Assembly (NCBI GenBank): GCA_035559235.1
Contig: DATMBM010000016.1
Span: 28,431-92,430, forward strand
Reading direction: 5' to 3'
DNA from: Minisyncoccota bacterium
GTDB taxonomy: Bacteria; Patescibacteriota; Minisyncoccia; Phycocordibacterales; UBA2100
DNA: 64,000 nucleotides
Shown: positions 53,922 to 62,896 of the stretch, piece after piece
Layout: each line of letters begins with the position of its first letter
Numbering within the stretch: the first letter of the stretch is position 1
Program-made: the position numbers and the translations under genes
The notes under the pieces: generated by a model
What the model saw: only the letters and a program-made list of their open reading frames with translations
Told to the model about the DNA's origin: nothing
Database searches by the model: none

Positions 53922-55622
53922 ATGGCGACGCAATTCAACGATCGCAAACAAGACGAGCGCCTGCAGGAGTTGCGCAAGCGCGAAGAAGAGCAGCTTGCCG
54001 AAATGCTGGCGTCAAAATACGGCGTGCAGTACGTCGATTTGACTTCGAAGTCGATCGACACGGACGCGCTGCGCCTCATCCCCGAACGGGAAGCGCGCGA
54101 CGCGGAAGTCGCCGCATTCCGCAAGATCAACAAGCGCATCTTCATCGCAATGCGCGCGCCCGAGCGCGACGACTCGGCACGCGCCGTACAAAACGTCGAG
54201 CGGCTCGGCTACCAGGTGGAGCGCTGCATCGCCTCACGCGCTTCTTTGGAACACGCATGGGATCGTTACCACGATATTTCTTTTGCGACGGAAACCGAGG
54301 CGGGCGTACTTACGCTGTCAAACGAGACGATCCAGCGGATGCTGCAGGAATTAAAGACGCTCGACGACGTACGCACGCACATCAAGGAGCACATGGGAAG
54401 CAAGGACACGCACCGTATTTCGCGCGCGCTTGAAGTAACGATGGCCGGCGCGCTTTCGCTGGGCGCTTCCGACGTGCACCTTGAGCCGGAAGAAACGGGC
54501 GTGCGCATGCGCTATCGCCTCGACGGCGTACTCGTCGAAGTGCTCACCTTCGATGCACCGACCTACGCGCTGATGTCATCGCGCCTCAAGCTCCTCTCCG
54601 GATTAAAGCTCAATATAAAAAACGCCGCGCAAGACGGCCGCTTCTCCATCGTCGTGAACGAAAAGGAAATTGAAATCCGCACCTCGGTGCTTCCCGGTGC
54701 CTACGCCGAAACGATGGTCATGCGCATCCTCGATCCATCGACGATTGCACTCGGCATGGACCAGCTCGGCTTTTCGAAATACCTCATCGATATTTTCGAT
54801 GCGGAAATCGCGAAACCGAACGGCATGATATTGAACACGGGTCCGACGGGAAGCGGTAAGACGACGACGCTCTACGCGTTCTTAAAGCGAGTCTTGAGCC
54901 CGGGCATCAAGATCGTCACGATCGAAGATCCGATCGAATACCACCTGCCCGGCATCGTGCAAACCCAGGTCTCAAAAGACTACACATTCGCCTCGGGCTT
55001 ACGTTCAACGCTGCGCCAGGACCCGGATGTCATCATGGTCGGTGAAATTCGAGACGCCGAAGTCGCCTCGACCGCCGTCAACGCGTCACTGACCGGCCAC
55101 CTTGTCTTCTCAACGCTACACACCAATGACGCTGCCGGCACCTTTCCGCGCCTCTTGGACATGGGAGTCAATGTCGATGTGCTCGGCGCCGCGCTCACCG
55201 TGACCATGGCACAACGTCTCGTGCGCCGGCTCTGCGATACGTGCCGCGTCGCAACCCCAATCGCGGGCGATGACGCAAAAACACTTGAACCGATCCTGCG
55301 CAACATCCCGCACCCGGAAGAGCTTCCGCAAAATCGCGACACGATGTGGGTCGTGAAGCCCGGCGGATGCGCGAAGTGCGGCGGTTTAGGTTACAAAGGC
55401 CGTATCAGCGTCGTTGAAGTCATCCTCATGGATAAGGGAATTGAAGAAGTCGTGCGCAAAACGACAAGCGCGCGAGAGATCTGGCGCGCTGCGAAGCACC
55501 AAAACATCCGCCGCATGGCGCAAGACGGGGCTGTTAAAGTCTTGCAAGGCGTCACCTCGCTCGAAGAATTGGGCCGCATCGTCGATTTGCACGATGAAGT
55601 GATGCTCGAGACGTTGGCGTAA
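53922..55622 (+). CDS. pilB: type IV pilus assembly ATPase PilB (GspE/PulE family)
   Basis: N-terminal GSPII_E_N-like domains. Walker A ILNTGPTGSGKTTTLYAFLK. Asp/His boxes. Zn tetracysteine (CDTC…C..C). Start MATQFND at 53922; the upstream ORF portion is antisense to tsaE. Confidence 0.9.
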   Translation: MATQFNDRKQDERLQELRKREEEQLAEMLASKYGVQYVDLTSKSIDTDALRLIPEREARDAEVAAFRKINKRIFIAMRAPERDDSARAVQNVERLGYQVERCIASRASLEHAWDRYHDISFATETEAGVLTLSNETIQRMLQELKTLDDVRTHIKEHMGSKDTHRISRALEVTMAGALSLGASDVHLEPEETGVRMRYRLDGVLVEVLTFDAPTYALMSSRLKLLSGLKLNIKNAAQDGRFSIVVNEKEIEIRTSVLPGAYAETMVMRILDPSTIALGMDQLGFSKYLIDIFDAEIAKPNGMILNTGPTGSGKTTTLYAFLKRVLSPGIKIVTIEDPIEYHLPGIVQTQVSKDYTFASGLRSTLRQDPDVIMVGEIRDAEVASTAVNASLTGHLVFSTLHTNDAAGTFPRLLDMGVNVDVLGAALTVTMAQRLVRRLCDTCRVATPIAGDDAKTLEPILRNIPHPEELPQNRDTMWVVKPGGCAKCGGLGYKGRISVVEVILMDKGIEEVVRKTTSAREIWRAAKHQNIRRMAQDGAVKVLQGVTSLEELGRIVDLHDEVMLETLA

Positions 55623-55784
55623 TGAAGGAGAAATGAAATTTCAGCATAAAATGAAGTTTGCGCCGTAGCAAAAGAAATTTTTTCGTGCACACTTTAGAGC
55701 AGAACACAAAAAATACATTGCGTATTGGATACGCAATGCTAAGGTGGGAAAAGACATTCGAATGCGTTGAAAATCGAATGATGT

Positions 55785-55925
55785 CGGAGAAGCACATCTC
55801 CGAGCAATAGCTTTCAATGGATCATCGAAAGTCGGATAGTACCTGAGGAGAGGGGCAGCAAACAGCCCAAGGGCGGCAACCGCCGCCATCCTTGGTGAAA
55901 TCCTGACATGCTCGGAGATGTGCGC
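55785..55925. ncRNA. candidate structured RNA: 15-bp perfect long-range stem (55792-55806 / 55909-55923) enclosing ~100 nt with nested hairpins, in the 400-bp pilB-ruvB intergenic region
   Basis: gcacatctccgagca … tgctcggagatgtgc are exact reverse complements. Interior has ctttc…gaaag, ggcgg-caa-ccgcc and other stems. The region is markedly less GC-rich than the flanking genes. Confidence 0.3.
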
Positions 55926-56017
55926 CTCTGACGTTCTCTTTCTCTTCGGCGCGAAAGCGCAAAAGAAAAAGAGGCGTTCTTGAGACGCCACTCTACTGGC
56001 TAGTGTAGCATACTAGA

Positions 56018-57076
56018 GTGCCGTTGTCAAATATGAACAATGACCCGGAAACAGGCGAAAAATCCGCCTCGGCTCAACCTCGTCGAGACGCGTCGCTCCG
56101 CACACTCGACCAGGCGCTGCGCCCATCGCTGTGGGATGAGTACATCGGTCAATCCATCATCAAGGAAAACCTCCGCATTCTTTTGAGTGCCGCGAAGGGT
56201 CGCAAACAACAACCTGAGCACGTGCTGCTCTACGGCCCGCCGGGCCTCGGCAAAACAACGCTCGCGCACTTGATCACCAAAGAAATCGGCGCGTCGCTCC
56301 GTTCGACCTCGGGACCTGCGATCGAGCGCGTCGGCGACCTGGCATCCATCCTCACCAACCTCTCCCCTGGCGACGTGCTCTTCATCGATGAAATCCATCG
56401 GCTCAATCGCACGATTGAAGAGATTTTGTATCCCGCGATGGAGAGCGGCGTTCTTGATATCGTGATCGGCAAGGGACCGAGCGCACGCACGGTCCAACTG
56501 GAGCTTCCGCCGTTTACGCTGATTTCCGCGACGACGCGCATTTCAATGCTCTCGTCGCCCCTGCGAAGCCGTTTTTCCGGCGGCGTTTTCCGTCTTTCGT
56601 ACTACACCGAAGACGAGATCGCGACAATTTTGAAGCGCTCGGCAGACATTCTCGGCATTGCAATTGATGACGAGTCGCTCAAAGAGATCGCACGCCGGTC
56701 GCGCGCGACGCCGCGTACCGCCAACTACTTATTGAAGCGCTGTCGCGACTTTGCGGAGGTAAATGGCGAACAGTTGGATTTGAAAACCGTGAAGAAAGCG
56801 CTCGCGCTACTTGAAGTGGACGAACTTGGGCTCAACCAAATCGACCGCGATATCCTTGGCGTCCTGATCGACAAATTCGGCGGGGGGCCGGTCGGCCTGA
56901 AGACAATTGCGGCCGCGCTTTCGGAAGAAGAAGCGACGATCGAGGAAGTGCACGAACCGTACCTGATGCAGCTCGGCTTATTGGAGCGGACACCGCGCGG
57001 CCGTACCGTCACTGAAAAAGGATACGGGCACTTGGGTGAAGATATGCCCCAAAGTCAGCAAGCGAAACTAATATAG
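56018..57076 (+). CDS. ruvB: Holliday junction DNA helicase RuvB
   Basis: Walker [15 protein letters not shown], Walker B DEIHRL, sensor and winged-helix C-terminal region. 352 aa. Confidence 0.95.
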   Translation: MPLSNMNNDPETGEKSASAQPRRDASLRTLDQALRPSLWDEYIGQSIIKENLRILLSAAKGRKQQPEHVLLYGPPGLGKTTLAHLITKEIGASLRSTSGPAIERVGDLASILTNLSPGDVLFIDEIHRLNRTIEEILYPAMESGVLDIVIGKGPSARTVQLELPPFTLISATTRISMLSSPLRSRFSGGVFRLSYYTEDEIATILKRSADILGIAIDDESLKEIARRSRATPRTANYLLKRCRDFAEVNGEQLDLKTVKKALALLEVDELGLNQIDRDILGVLIDKFGGGPVGLKTIAAALSEEEATIEEVHEPYLMQLGLLERTPRGRTVTEKGYGHLGEDMPQSQQAKLI

Positions 57077-57082
57077 ACAGTA

Positions 57083-57301
57083 CTAGTGAAACTTCCCATC
57101 GATCCCTCGAGCCAATCCGTACTTCGCCTCAAGAGCATTTCGCTCGCGCACGAGAAGGGCGACGCCACGATCGTTCTCAGCTGGCTTTCCCGCATCGTCG
57201 ATATCCTTCTGCAACCTGTTCGCCTTTTCGGCAGCTTCAGCTCTCGAGAGCGCCTCGCTTCCTTTGCCCGCACCTATCTTGTCGAGACCGCCGTCTAACA
57301 T
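57083..57301 (-). CDS. hypothetical small protein (72 aa)
   Basis: ORF only. Helical, Ala/Lys/Glu-rich. Divergent to yebC. Confidence 0.25.
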   Translation of the reverse strand: MLDGGLDKIGAGKGSEALSRAEAAEKANRLQKDIDDAGKPAENDRGVALLVRERNALEAKYGLARGIDGKFH

Positions 57302-57394
57302 GGTTTGATTGTACCATTACTGTGCAAAAAACGCGCGAGGCGACGTGGACAGTAAAATTGTGACTGATTCTCATGATGCGGTATAGTCTCCGCC

Positions 57395-57922
57395 ATGGCT
57401 GGACACAACAAATGGGCACAAATCAAGCGGCAAAAGGGCGCAAATGACGCGGCGCGAGGCGCCTTGTTTGGAAAGCTAGCCCGTCGCATTACCGTTGAGG
57501 CGAAAAAAGCGGGAGGCGACCTCAACTCTGCTTCGCTTCGCGCCGCGATTGAAAAAGCGAAGGCGGCAAACATGCCAAAAGAGAACATCGAGCGTGCGGT
57601 CTCGAAAGCCACGGCGGGTGGTGCTGATATGGAGAGCGTCATCTACGAAGCATACGGCCCCGGAGGCGCCGCCGTCATCATCGAAGCGCTCACCGACAAC
57701 AAAAACCGCACGCTTCAGGATCTGAAGGCGATATTCGCCAAACACAACATCAATCTTGCCGCACCAGGCTCCGCGCTGTGGGCATTCACCAAAACGGAGC
57801 AGGGCTACCAGCCGAATGCCACCGTCCCTCTCTCGGAGGAAGATGACGCGGCGTTGATGAAAATCATGGAATTAATCGATGCGCTCGATGACGTGGAAGA
57901 AGTGTATACCAATGCGCAATAG
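57395..57922 (+). CDS. yebC: YebC/PmpR-family protein, short form (175 aa)
   Basis: MAGHNKWAQIKRQKG…KLARRITVEAKKAGGD… N-terminal signature and …DALDDVEEVYTNA C-terminus. The middle domain is abbreviated relative to ~245-aa YebC. Confidence 0.88.
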   Translation: MAGHNKWAQIKRQKGANDAARGALFGKLARRITVEAKKAGGDLNSASLRAAIEKAKAANMPKENIERAVSKATAGGADMESVIYEAYGPGGAAVIIEALTDNKNRTLQDLKAIFAKHNINLAAPGSALWAFTKTEQGYQPNATVPLSEEDDAALMKIMELIDALDDVEEVYTNAQ

Positions 57923-57989
57923 CGCGGCTACGTGAAGTGTGATTAAGTAGACACGGTACATTAGGATACTCAGAGAAGAGGAGGGTGAT

Positions 57990-58559
57990 GTGAGATACGC
58001 CGCCTTCTGTGCCGCACTCTGCGCGGGTTCGATCGCGTTCGCCGAGCCTTCTGCGCAGCCGTTCCAGAAAACGTACGGGGATGCGGTCCCATTTTCAGGC
58101 GCAATACAATTTTGCGATTCCTACCCTCAAGAATGCGTGCCGCAAGGCACAACGGAGCGACTTGTCGCAACAAAAGAGTTGTTCGAGCTTCTTGCGGGCA
58201 TCAACCGAGATGTCAACAAGACAATCGAAGGCACAGTCGAAAGAGAAGAATGGTGGTCCATTCCCGCCAACGGAAAGGGGGACTGCGAGGATATTGCGAT
58301 ACTGAAACGACATATCCTGATACGGCTTGGCCTGCCGTCCGGCGCCCTCTTGCTGGCGGTCGTGCGCGACGAAGACCAAAACGGCCATGCCTTGCTCATT
58401 GTCAGGACAACGGTCGGCGATTTCGCCCTGGATAACAAGATTATGGAGGTGGTGCCGTGGCACGCGCTTCCGTACCGCTGGCTCCAGCGCCAGTCGATCC
58501 ATGACCCTCGGCTGTGGCGCATGTTGGAGGCGCCGGTAACGGCATCCGCTCGCAAATAA
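57990..58559 (+). CDS. secreted transglutaminase-like cysteine peptidase (BTLCP / COG3672-like)
   Basis: Signal peptide (MRYAAFCAALCAGSIAFA). …NGKGDCEDIAILKRHIL…NGHALLIVRT…D… gives the Cys-His-Asp triad arrangement of BTLCP. Confidence 0.72.
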   Translation: MRYAAFCAALCAGSIAFAEPSAQPFQKTYGDAVPFSGAIQFCDSYPQECVPQGTTERLVATKELFELLAGINRDVNKTIEGTVEREEWWSIPANGKGDCEDIAILKRHILIRLGLPSGALLLAVVRDEDQNGHALLIVRTTVGDFALDNKIMEVVPWHALPYRWLQRQSIHDPRLWRMLEAPVTASARK

Positions 58560-58561
58560 GA

Positions 58562-58597
58562 GGCGGCCGCGCACCTACGCGGCCGCCTTCTTTTTTT
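58562..58597 (+). terminator. rho-independent terminator (ggcggccgcg-caccta-cgcggccgcc + TTCTTTTTTT)
   Basis: 10-bp perfect GC stem immediately after the BTLCP stop, followed by a 10-nt T-rich tract. Confidence 0.8.
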
Positions 58598-58622
58598 GTC
58601 GTTCTCGCATACACTTAGGCCC

Positions 58623-59093
58623 ATGCGCGTGCTCGCCATTGACCCGGGATACGGTCGCTGCGGAGTCGCCGTCTTGGAAAAAAGGGACGGAAAGGAACGG
58701 TGGATGTATTCGGATTGCATCAAAACATCTGCGCAAGCGCCGTTTGATGAACGACTGCATGCGGTTGTGCGCGAATGCGAGCGCCTGATTGAGCACTTCG
58801 AACCCAATGCGCTCGCCATGGAGCGACTCTACTTTAATACCAACCAGAAGACCGCGATGCGGGTCGCCGAGGTACGCGGCGCTCTTCTTCACGCGGCAAC
58901 AGCTCGAAATATACCCGTATCTGAATACACGCCGGGGCAGATCAAAAGCGCAACGACGAGCTACGGCAAGGCCGACAAAAAGCAAATCACACTTATGGTC
59001 CGCGCACTTCTCAATATCGAAAAGGCCATTACGCTGGACGATGAATATGACGCAATAGCGGTCGGCATAACGCACCTGGCGCATGCCAGGTGA
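58623..59093 (+). CDS. ruvC: crossover junction endodeoxyribonuclease RuvC; start MRVLAIDPG
   Basis: MRVLAIDPGYGRCGVAVLE… and the catalytic D/E/D/D arrangement typical of RuvC. Confidence 0.92.
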   Translation: MRVLAIDPGYGRCGVAVLEKRDGKERWMYSDCIKTSAQAPFDERLHAVVRECERLIEHFEPNALAMERLYFNTNQKTAMRVAEVRGALLHAATARNIPVSEYTPGQIKSATTSYGKADKKQITLMVRALLNIEKAITLDDEYDAIAVGITHLAHAR

Positions 59094-59155
59094 CGGCTTC
59101 ATGAAAGCAATTGCCGTGAGATTCGTCTGACGGTACAATCAGATAACTGTCCGAC

Positions 59156-61597
59156 GTGCCAGGACAATGGCTTGCCATGAGTGAACATACAGAACGGGGA
59201 CTGAGGCACCGAATCAGGCGTGTACATACGGCGACTCCGCTGTGGATGCGTAAGACACTGCGTTTCGGGCTGCTTGCCGGCATCATGTGCGCCGGCGTTT
59301 TTACCGCATGGGCGGTTTTCGCGACGGTCCCGTCGATTGAAACCATCGAGAACCGATCGGTCGCCGAATCCACCAAAATCTACGACCGTACCGGCAACGT
59401 CCTTCTCTATGACGTCCATGGCGCCGTACGACGAACCGAGGTGCCGTTTGAGGAGATCTCCCCCTACATCAGGAACGCAACAGTCGCGATTGAAGACGAC
59501 ACGTTCTACCAGCACAACGGATTCCGTCCACTATCGTTTTTGCGCGCCGTACTGGTCAACCTCCATATCTTGTCGGGCTACCGCGGCCAGGGCGGCTCGA
59601 CGATCACACAACAGGTGATTAAAAATACACTCCTCACTCAGGACAAGACGCTTATCCGCAAAGCGAAAGAGATCGTGCTTGCGATGAAGTTGGAGCGGAT
59701 TGCGTCAAAAGACGAAATTTTGAATATCTACCTAAACGAAACATCCTACGGTGGGACGATCTACGGCGTCGAAGAGGCGGCGCAGAACTTCTTCGGCAAG
59801 GCCGCAAAAGACGTGTCTCTCGCGGAAGCCGCGTACATCGCTGCGCTCCCGCAGGCGCCAACGCGCTACTCGCCGTACGGCAACAACCGCGAGGAACTGG
59901 AAGCGCGCAAGAATCACGTGCTCGCAAAAATGTTTGATCTCGGCTACATCACCGAAGGTGAATACACTGCTGCGTCGCAAGAACAGGTGCAGTTCCGTCC
60001 GCGCGAGGAAGCCGGTATCAAGGCGCCGCACTTCGTCTTTTTCGTCCGTGAATACCTTGAGGAAAAGTACGGTGCCGACACCGTCGCCAATGAAGGACTG
60101 CGCGTCATCACGACCCTTGATTGGGACTTGCAATTAGAGGCGGAACACATCGTACGCGAACGCGCGCTTGCAAACGAAAAGCAATTTAACGCCGAAAACG
60201 CCGGTCTGGTCGCGATCGATCCGAAGACGGGGCAAATCCTCACGATGGTTGGCTCGCGCGGCTTCCTCGATCCGGATATCGATGGGCAGGTGAATGTCAC
60301 GATCATGCCGCGCCAGCCGGGTTCTGCATTCAAGCCATTCGTCTACGCGACGGCGTTTGAGAAGGGCTACACGACGGAGACGGTTCTCTTCGACGTCCAG
60401 ACGCAATTTTCTACCGCGTGTGCGCCACACGAAACGACGCGCAAAGAAGACCCGTGCTACAGCCCGGACAACTACGACCACGCCTTTCGAGGCCCGGTGA
60501 CAATCAGGAACGCCTTGGCGCAATCGATCAACGTCCCCGCCGTAAAAGCGCTCTACCTTGCCGGCATCGATGACTCCATCAGCACGGCCGCCGACATGGG
60601 GATTTCGACGCTTGAGGGAGCTGACCGATATGGCCTTACGCTCGTCCTCGGTGGCGGAGAGGTGACGCTCCTTGAAATGACAAGTGCGTACGGCGTTTTT
60701 GCAAACGAGGGTGTGCGCAATCCACCGACCGGCATCCTCCGTGTTGAAGATAGTCACGGCCGAGTCCTTGAAGAATATGAACAAAGCGAATCACGAGCGC
60801 TCGATCCGCAGATCGCGCGACTTATCACCGACATCCTCTCCGACAACGTTGCGCGCACGCCGCTGTATGGCTCGAATTCCCCGCTCTACTTCCCGGACCA
60901 TGACGTGGCGGCAAAAACCGGTACGACGAACGATAATCGTGACGCGTGGGTCCTCGGATATTCGACGTCGATCGTCGCGGGCGCGTGGGCCGGCAACAAC
61001 ATCCCCGAGCCGATGAACCAGATCTCAGGACTCATCGTGACGCCGATGTGGCGGGAATTCATGGATGTGGCGCTTGAAAAATACCCTGGCACCGACTTTA
61101 CGCCTCCGGCGCCAGATCCGGAGTGGGACTCGCTCCCGTCGGTCTTGCGTGGGCAATGGAATTCGAACCCGTCGCTCGGTATCCACAGCATCCTGTACTG
61201 GATTGATAAGGACAATCCGCGCAGCGGCAGAGGCGGCAACCACAACGACTCGCAATTTGCCTACTGGGAATATGGGGTCTCCCTATGGACCGGCTCGGTA
61301 CCGTTTGGCCCAACGACGCCGGGTAGTACACCGCAACTCGGCTTCGCGATTGCCGCGCCGACCGCAAACGCCCAGCTGCCTCTAGAAACTTTCGACACGT
61401 TTGTCGAGTACGAAACCGCGCTCGGCGTGACCAGCGTCACGTACTATCTCGATGGTGAATTCGTCGGCGTCTCGAACCAGCCGCCGTTTATGATTGCGAT
61501 CCAGCCGGAGCGGAGTGGTCAGATGACGCTGCGTGCGGTCGCCGAGACGGCAACCGGTCAGGAGGCGCAATCGGAAATTTCAATAACGATCGAGTAG
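59156..61597 (+). CDS. penicillin-binding protein 1A-type bifunctional glycosyltransferase/transpeptidase with a C-terminal extension
   Basis: GT51 motifs (…IEDDTFYQHNGF…, GGSTITQQVIKN). Transpeptidase SxxK (…SAFKPF…), SxN, KTG (AAKTGTTND). ~150-aa beta-rich C-terminal tail. Confidence 0.93.
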   Translation: MPGQWLAMSEHTERGLRHRIRRVHTATPLWMRKTLRFGLLAGIMCAGVFTAWAVFATVPSIETIENRSVAESTKIYDRTGNVLLYDVHGAVRRTEVPFEEISPYIRNATVAIEDDTFYQHNGFRPLSFLRAVLVNLHILSGYRGQGGSTITQQVIKNTLLTQDKTLIRKAKEIVLAMKLERIASKDEILNIYLNETSYGGTIYGVEEAAQNFFGKAAKDVSLAEAAYIAALPQAPTRYSPYGNNREELEARKNHVLAKMFDLGYITEGEYTAASQEQVQFRPREEAGIKAPHFVFFVREYLEEKYGADTVANEGLRVITTLDWDLQLEAEHIVRERALANEKQFNAENAGLVAIDPKTGQILTMVGSRGFLDPDIDGQVNVTIMPRQPGSAFKPFVYATAFEKGYTTETVLFDVQTQFSTACAPHETTRKEDPCYSPDNYDHAFRGPVTIRNALAQSINVPAVKALYLAGIDDSISTAADMGISTLEGADRYGLTLVLGGGEVTLLEMTSAYGVFANEGVRNPPTGILRVEDSHGRVLEEYEQSESRALDPQIARLITDILSDNVARTPLYGSNSPLYFPDHDVAAKTGTTNDNRDAWVLGYSTSIVAGAWAGNNIPEPMNQISGLIVTPMWREFMDVALEKYPGTDFTPPAPDPEWDSLPSVLRGQWNSNPSLGIHSILYWIDKDNPRSGRGGNHNDSQFAYWEYGVSLWTGSVPFGPTTPGSTPQLGFAIAAPTANAQLPLETFDTFVEYETALGVTSVTYYLDGEFVGVSNQPPFMIAIQPERSGQMTLRAVAETATGQEAQSEISITIE

Positions 61598-62695
61598 CTA
61601 CCGATTGAGCGGCATCACGAGATAGGTGAAGGACGCGTCGCTAACGCCCCGGATGACGAGCGGGCGGCCGGCACCGCTGAAGCTGAGGGTGAGAGAATCG
61701 GCAAGTACCGACTGCAGGCAGTCGGCGACGTAGCCGATGTGGAAATTCACATCAATGTCCTCGCCGGAGAGCGCTGCATCCAACGAATCGGACATTTCTC
61801 CGATCGCGGCGCTTTGCGCCGTTACATCAAACACTTTCTTTTTCGGGTACACGTGGAAGCCGACGTGTTGGTCGGCGCCGGCAAACACCCGCGCCTTGCG
61901 CAAAGCTTCCGCAAAATCGCTTTTCAAAAGGGTCACTTCGGTGGTAAATGATTTGGGAATAATCTCTTTGTAATTGGGGAACGTCCCGTCAACGATGCGC
62001 GAGGTGAACACGAGCCCGTCCCCGCGGAGTGTGAGCTGGGATTCGTCAATGAAGAGTTCGACAGTGTCTGCGGCGATTTTTTCGAGGATGTGCATGAGTT
62101 CCTGCGCGTGCTTCAAGGGAAGGAGGACGTCGCCCGAGCCGTCCCCTGAAGCGTCCGAGACCGTTTTTTCCGCAAGCCGGAACGAATCGGTAGCAACCGC
62201 AACCAATTTCGAGTCTTCCACGTTCAGATACACACTTCCCAACTCCGGACGGATCATCGAGGTCGACGCGGCGTATGACACCGATTGCAGCGCTTGGAGA
62301 AGTAGTTCGCGGGAGATTTTGAGCGCCTTGCCGCCGGCTTGCGACGACAGTGCTGGAAATTCATCGTGCGGCACCGCCTTAATCAACGTCTTCGAACCGC
62401 GTGCCTCGATGAGGAGGTTCGGCCCGTCCGTAGAAAACATCACCTTGTCCCCCGATACGGCGCGCAATGTTTGGGAGAGAATCGATGCCGGGACCGCCAC
62501 TACTCCCTTCTCACCCATTTCTCCAACCACAGTGATTTCAACACCAGCCTCAAGATTCGTTGAGCGGATCGTCATATCTTTCGACACATCGAGAAGGACA
62601 CATGAAAGTACTGGGAGTGATTCCTTCTTACCCACAATACGTTCCGCAATCAGGATCGCATTGAGAATTTTTTCCTTTGGTGTCGTGAATTGCAT
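61598..62695 (-). CDS. dnaN: DNA polymerase III beta sliding clamp
   Basis: MQFTTPKEKILNAILIAERIVGKKESLPVLSCVLLDV…: three-domain beta clamp, 365 aa, immediately downstream of dnaA. Confidence 0.95.
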   Translation of the reverse strand: MQFTTPKEKILNAILIAERIVGKKESLPVLSCVLLDVSKDMTIRSTNLEAGVEITVVGEMGEKGVVAVPASILSQTLRAVSGDKVMFSTDGPNLLIEARGSKTLIKAVPHDEFPALSSQAGGKALKISRELLLQALQSVSYAASTSMIRPELGSVYLNVEDSKLVAVATDSFRLAEKTVSDASGDGSGDVLLPLKHAQELMHILEKIAADTVELFIDESQLTLRGDGLVFTSRIVDGTFPNYKEIIPKSFTTEVTLLKSDFAEALRKARVFAGADQHVGFHVYPKKKVFDVTAQSAAIGEMSDSLDAALSGEDIDVNFHIGYVADCLQSVLADSLTLSFSGAGRPLVIRGVSDASFTYLVMPLNR

Positions 62696-62896
62696 GCGTG
62701 TATTGTTTTTTACTTTTAATAAAGCTTATTATTACTATTAGTGGTGTGGATGTGGGGATATGTGTGTTTTATTAAGGGTTTGAGCGCTGGTTTTTGGTGA
62801 TGGAGTTGTGGAATAGGTGGGGACATAGGAGATTGTGTAATGTGGATTGTTGAAATTTTTTTCCGGATGTTGTTATACACAACAATGTTCACAGTG
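62696..62896. promoter_or_regulatory. dnaA-dnaN intergenic region with an AT-rich stretch and multiple DnaA-box-like 9-mers; candidate oriC / DnaA-regulated region
   Basis: AT-rich run tttttacttttaataaagcttattattactatta (62706-62740). DnaA-box-like TGTGGATGT (62745-53), TGTGGAATA (62807-15), TGTGGATTG (62841-49), TTATACACA (62873-81). Consensus TTATCCACA / TGTGGATAA. Confidence 0.5.

Noticed and set aside
55623-56017. RNase P RNA or tmRNA in the pilB-ruvB spacer
   Set aside because: Only fragmentary matches (GAAAGUCGG, GGUGAAA). There is no P4 pairing partner and no tRNA-like tmRNA termini. The AT-rich 5' half is unlike RNase P of a GC-rich organism. Kept only as an unspecified ncRNA candidate.
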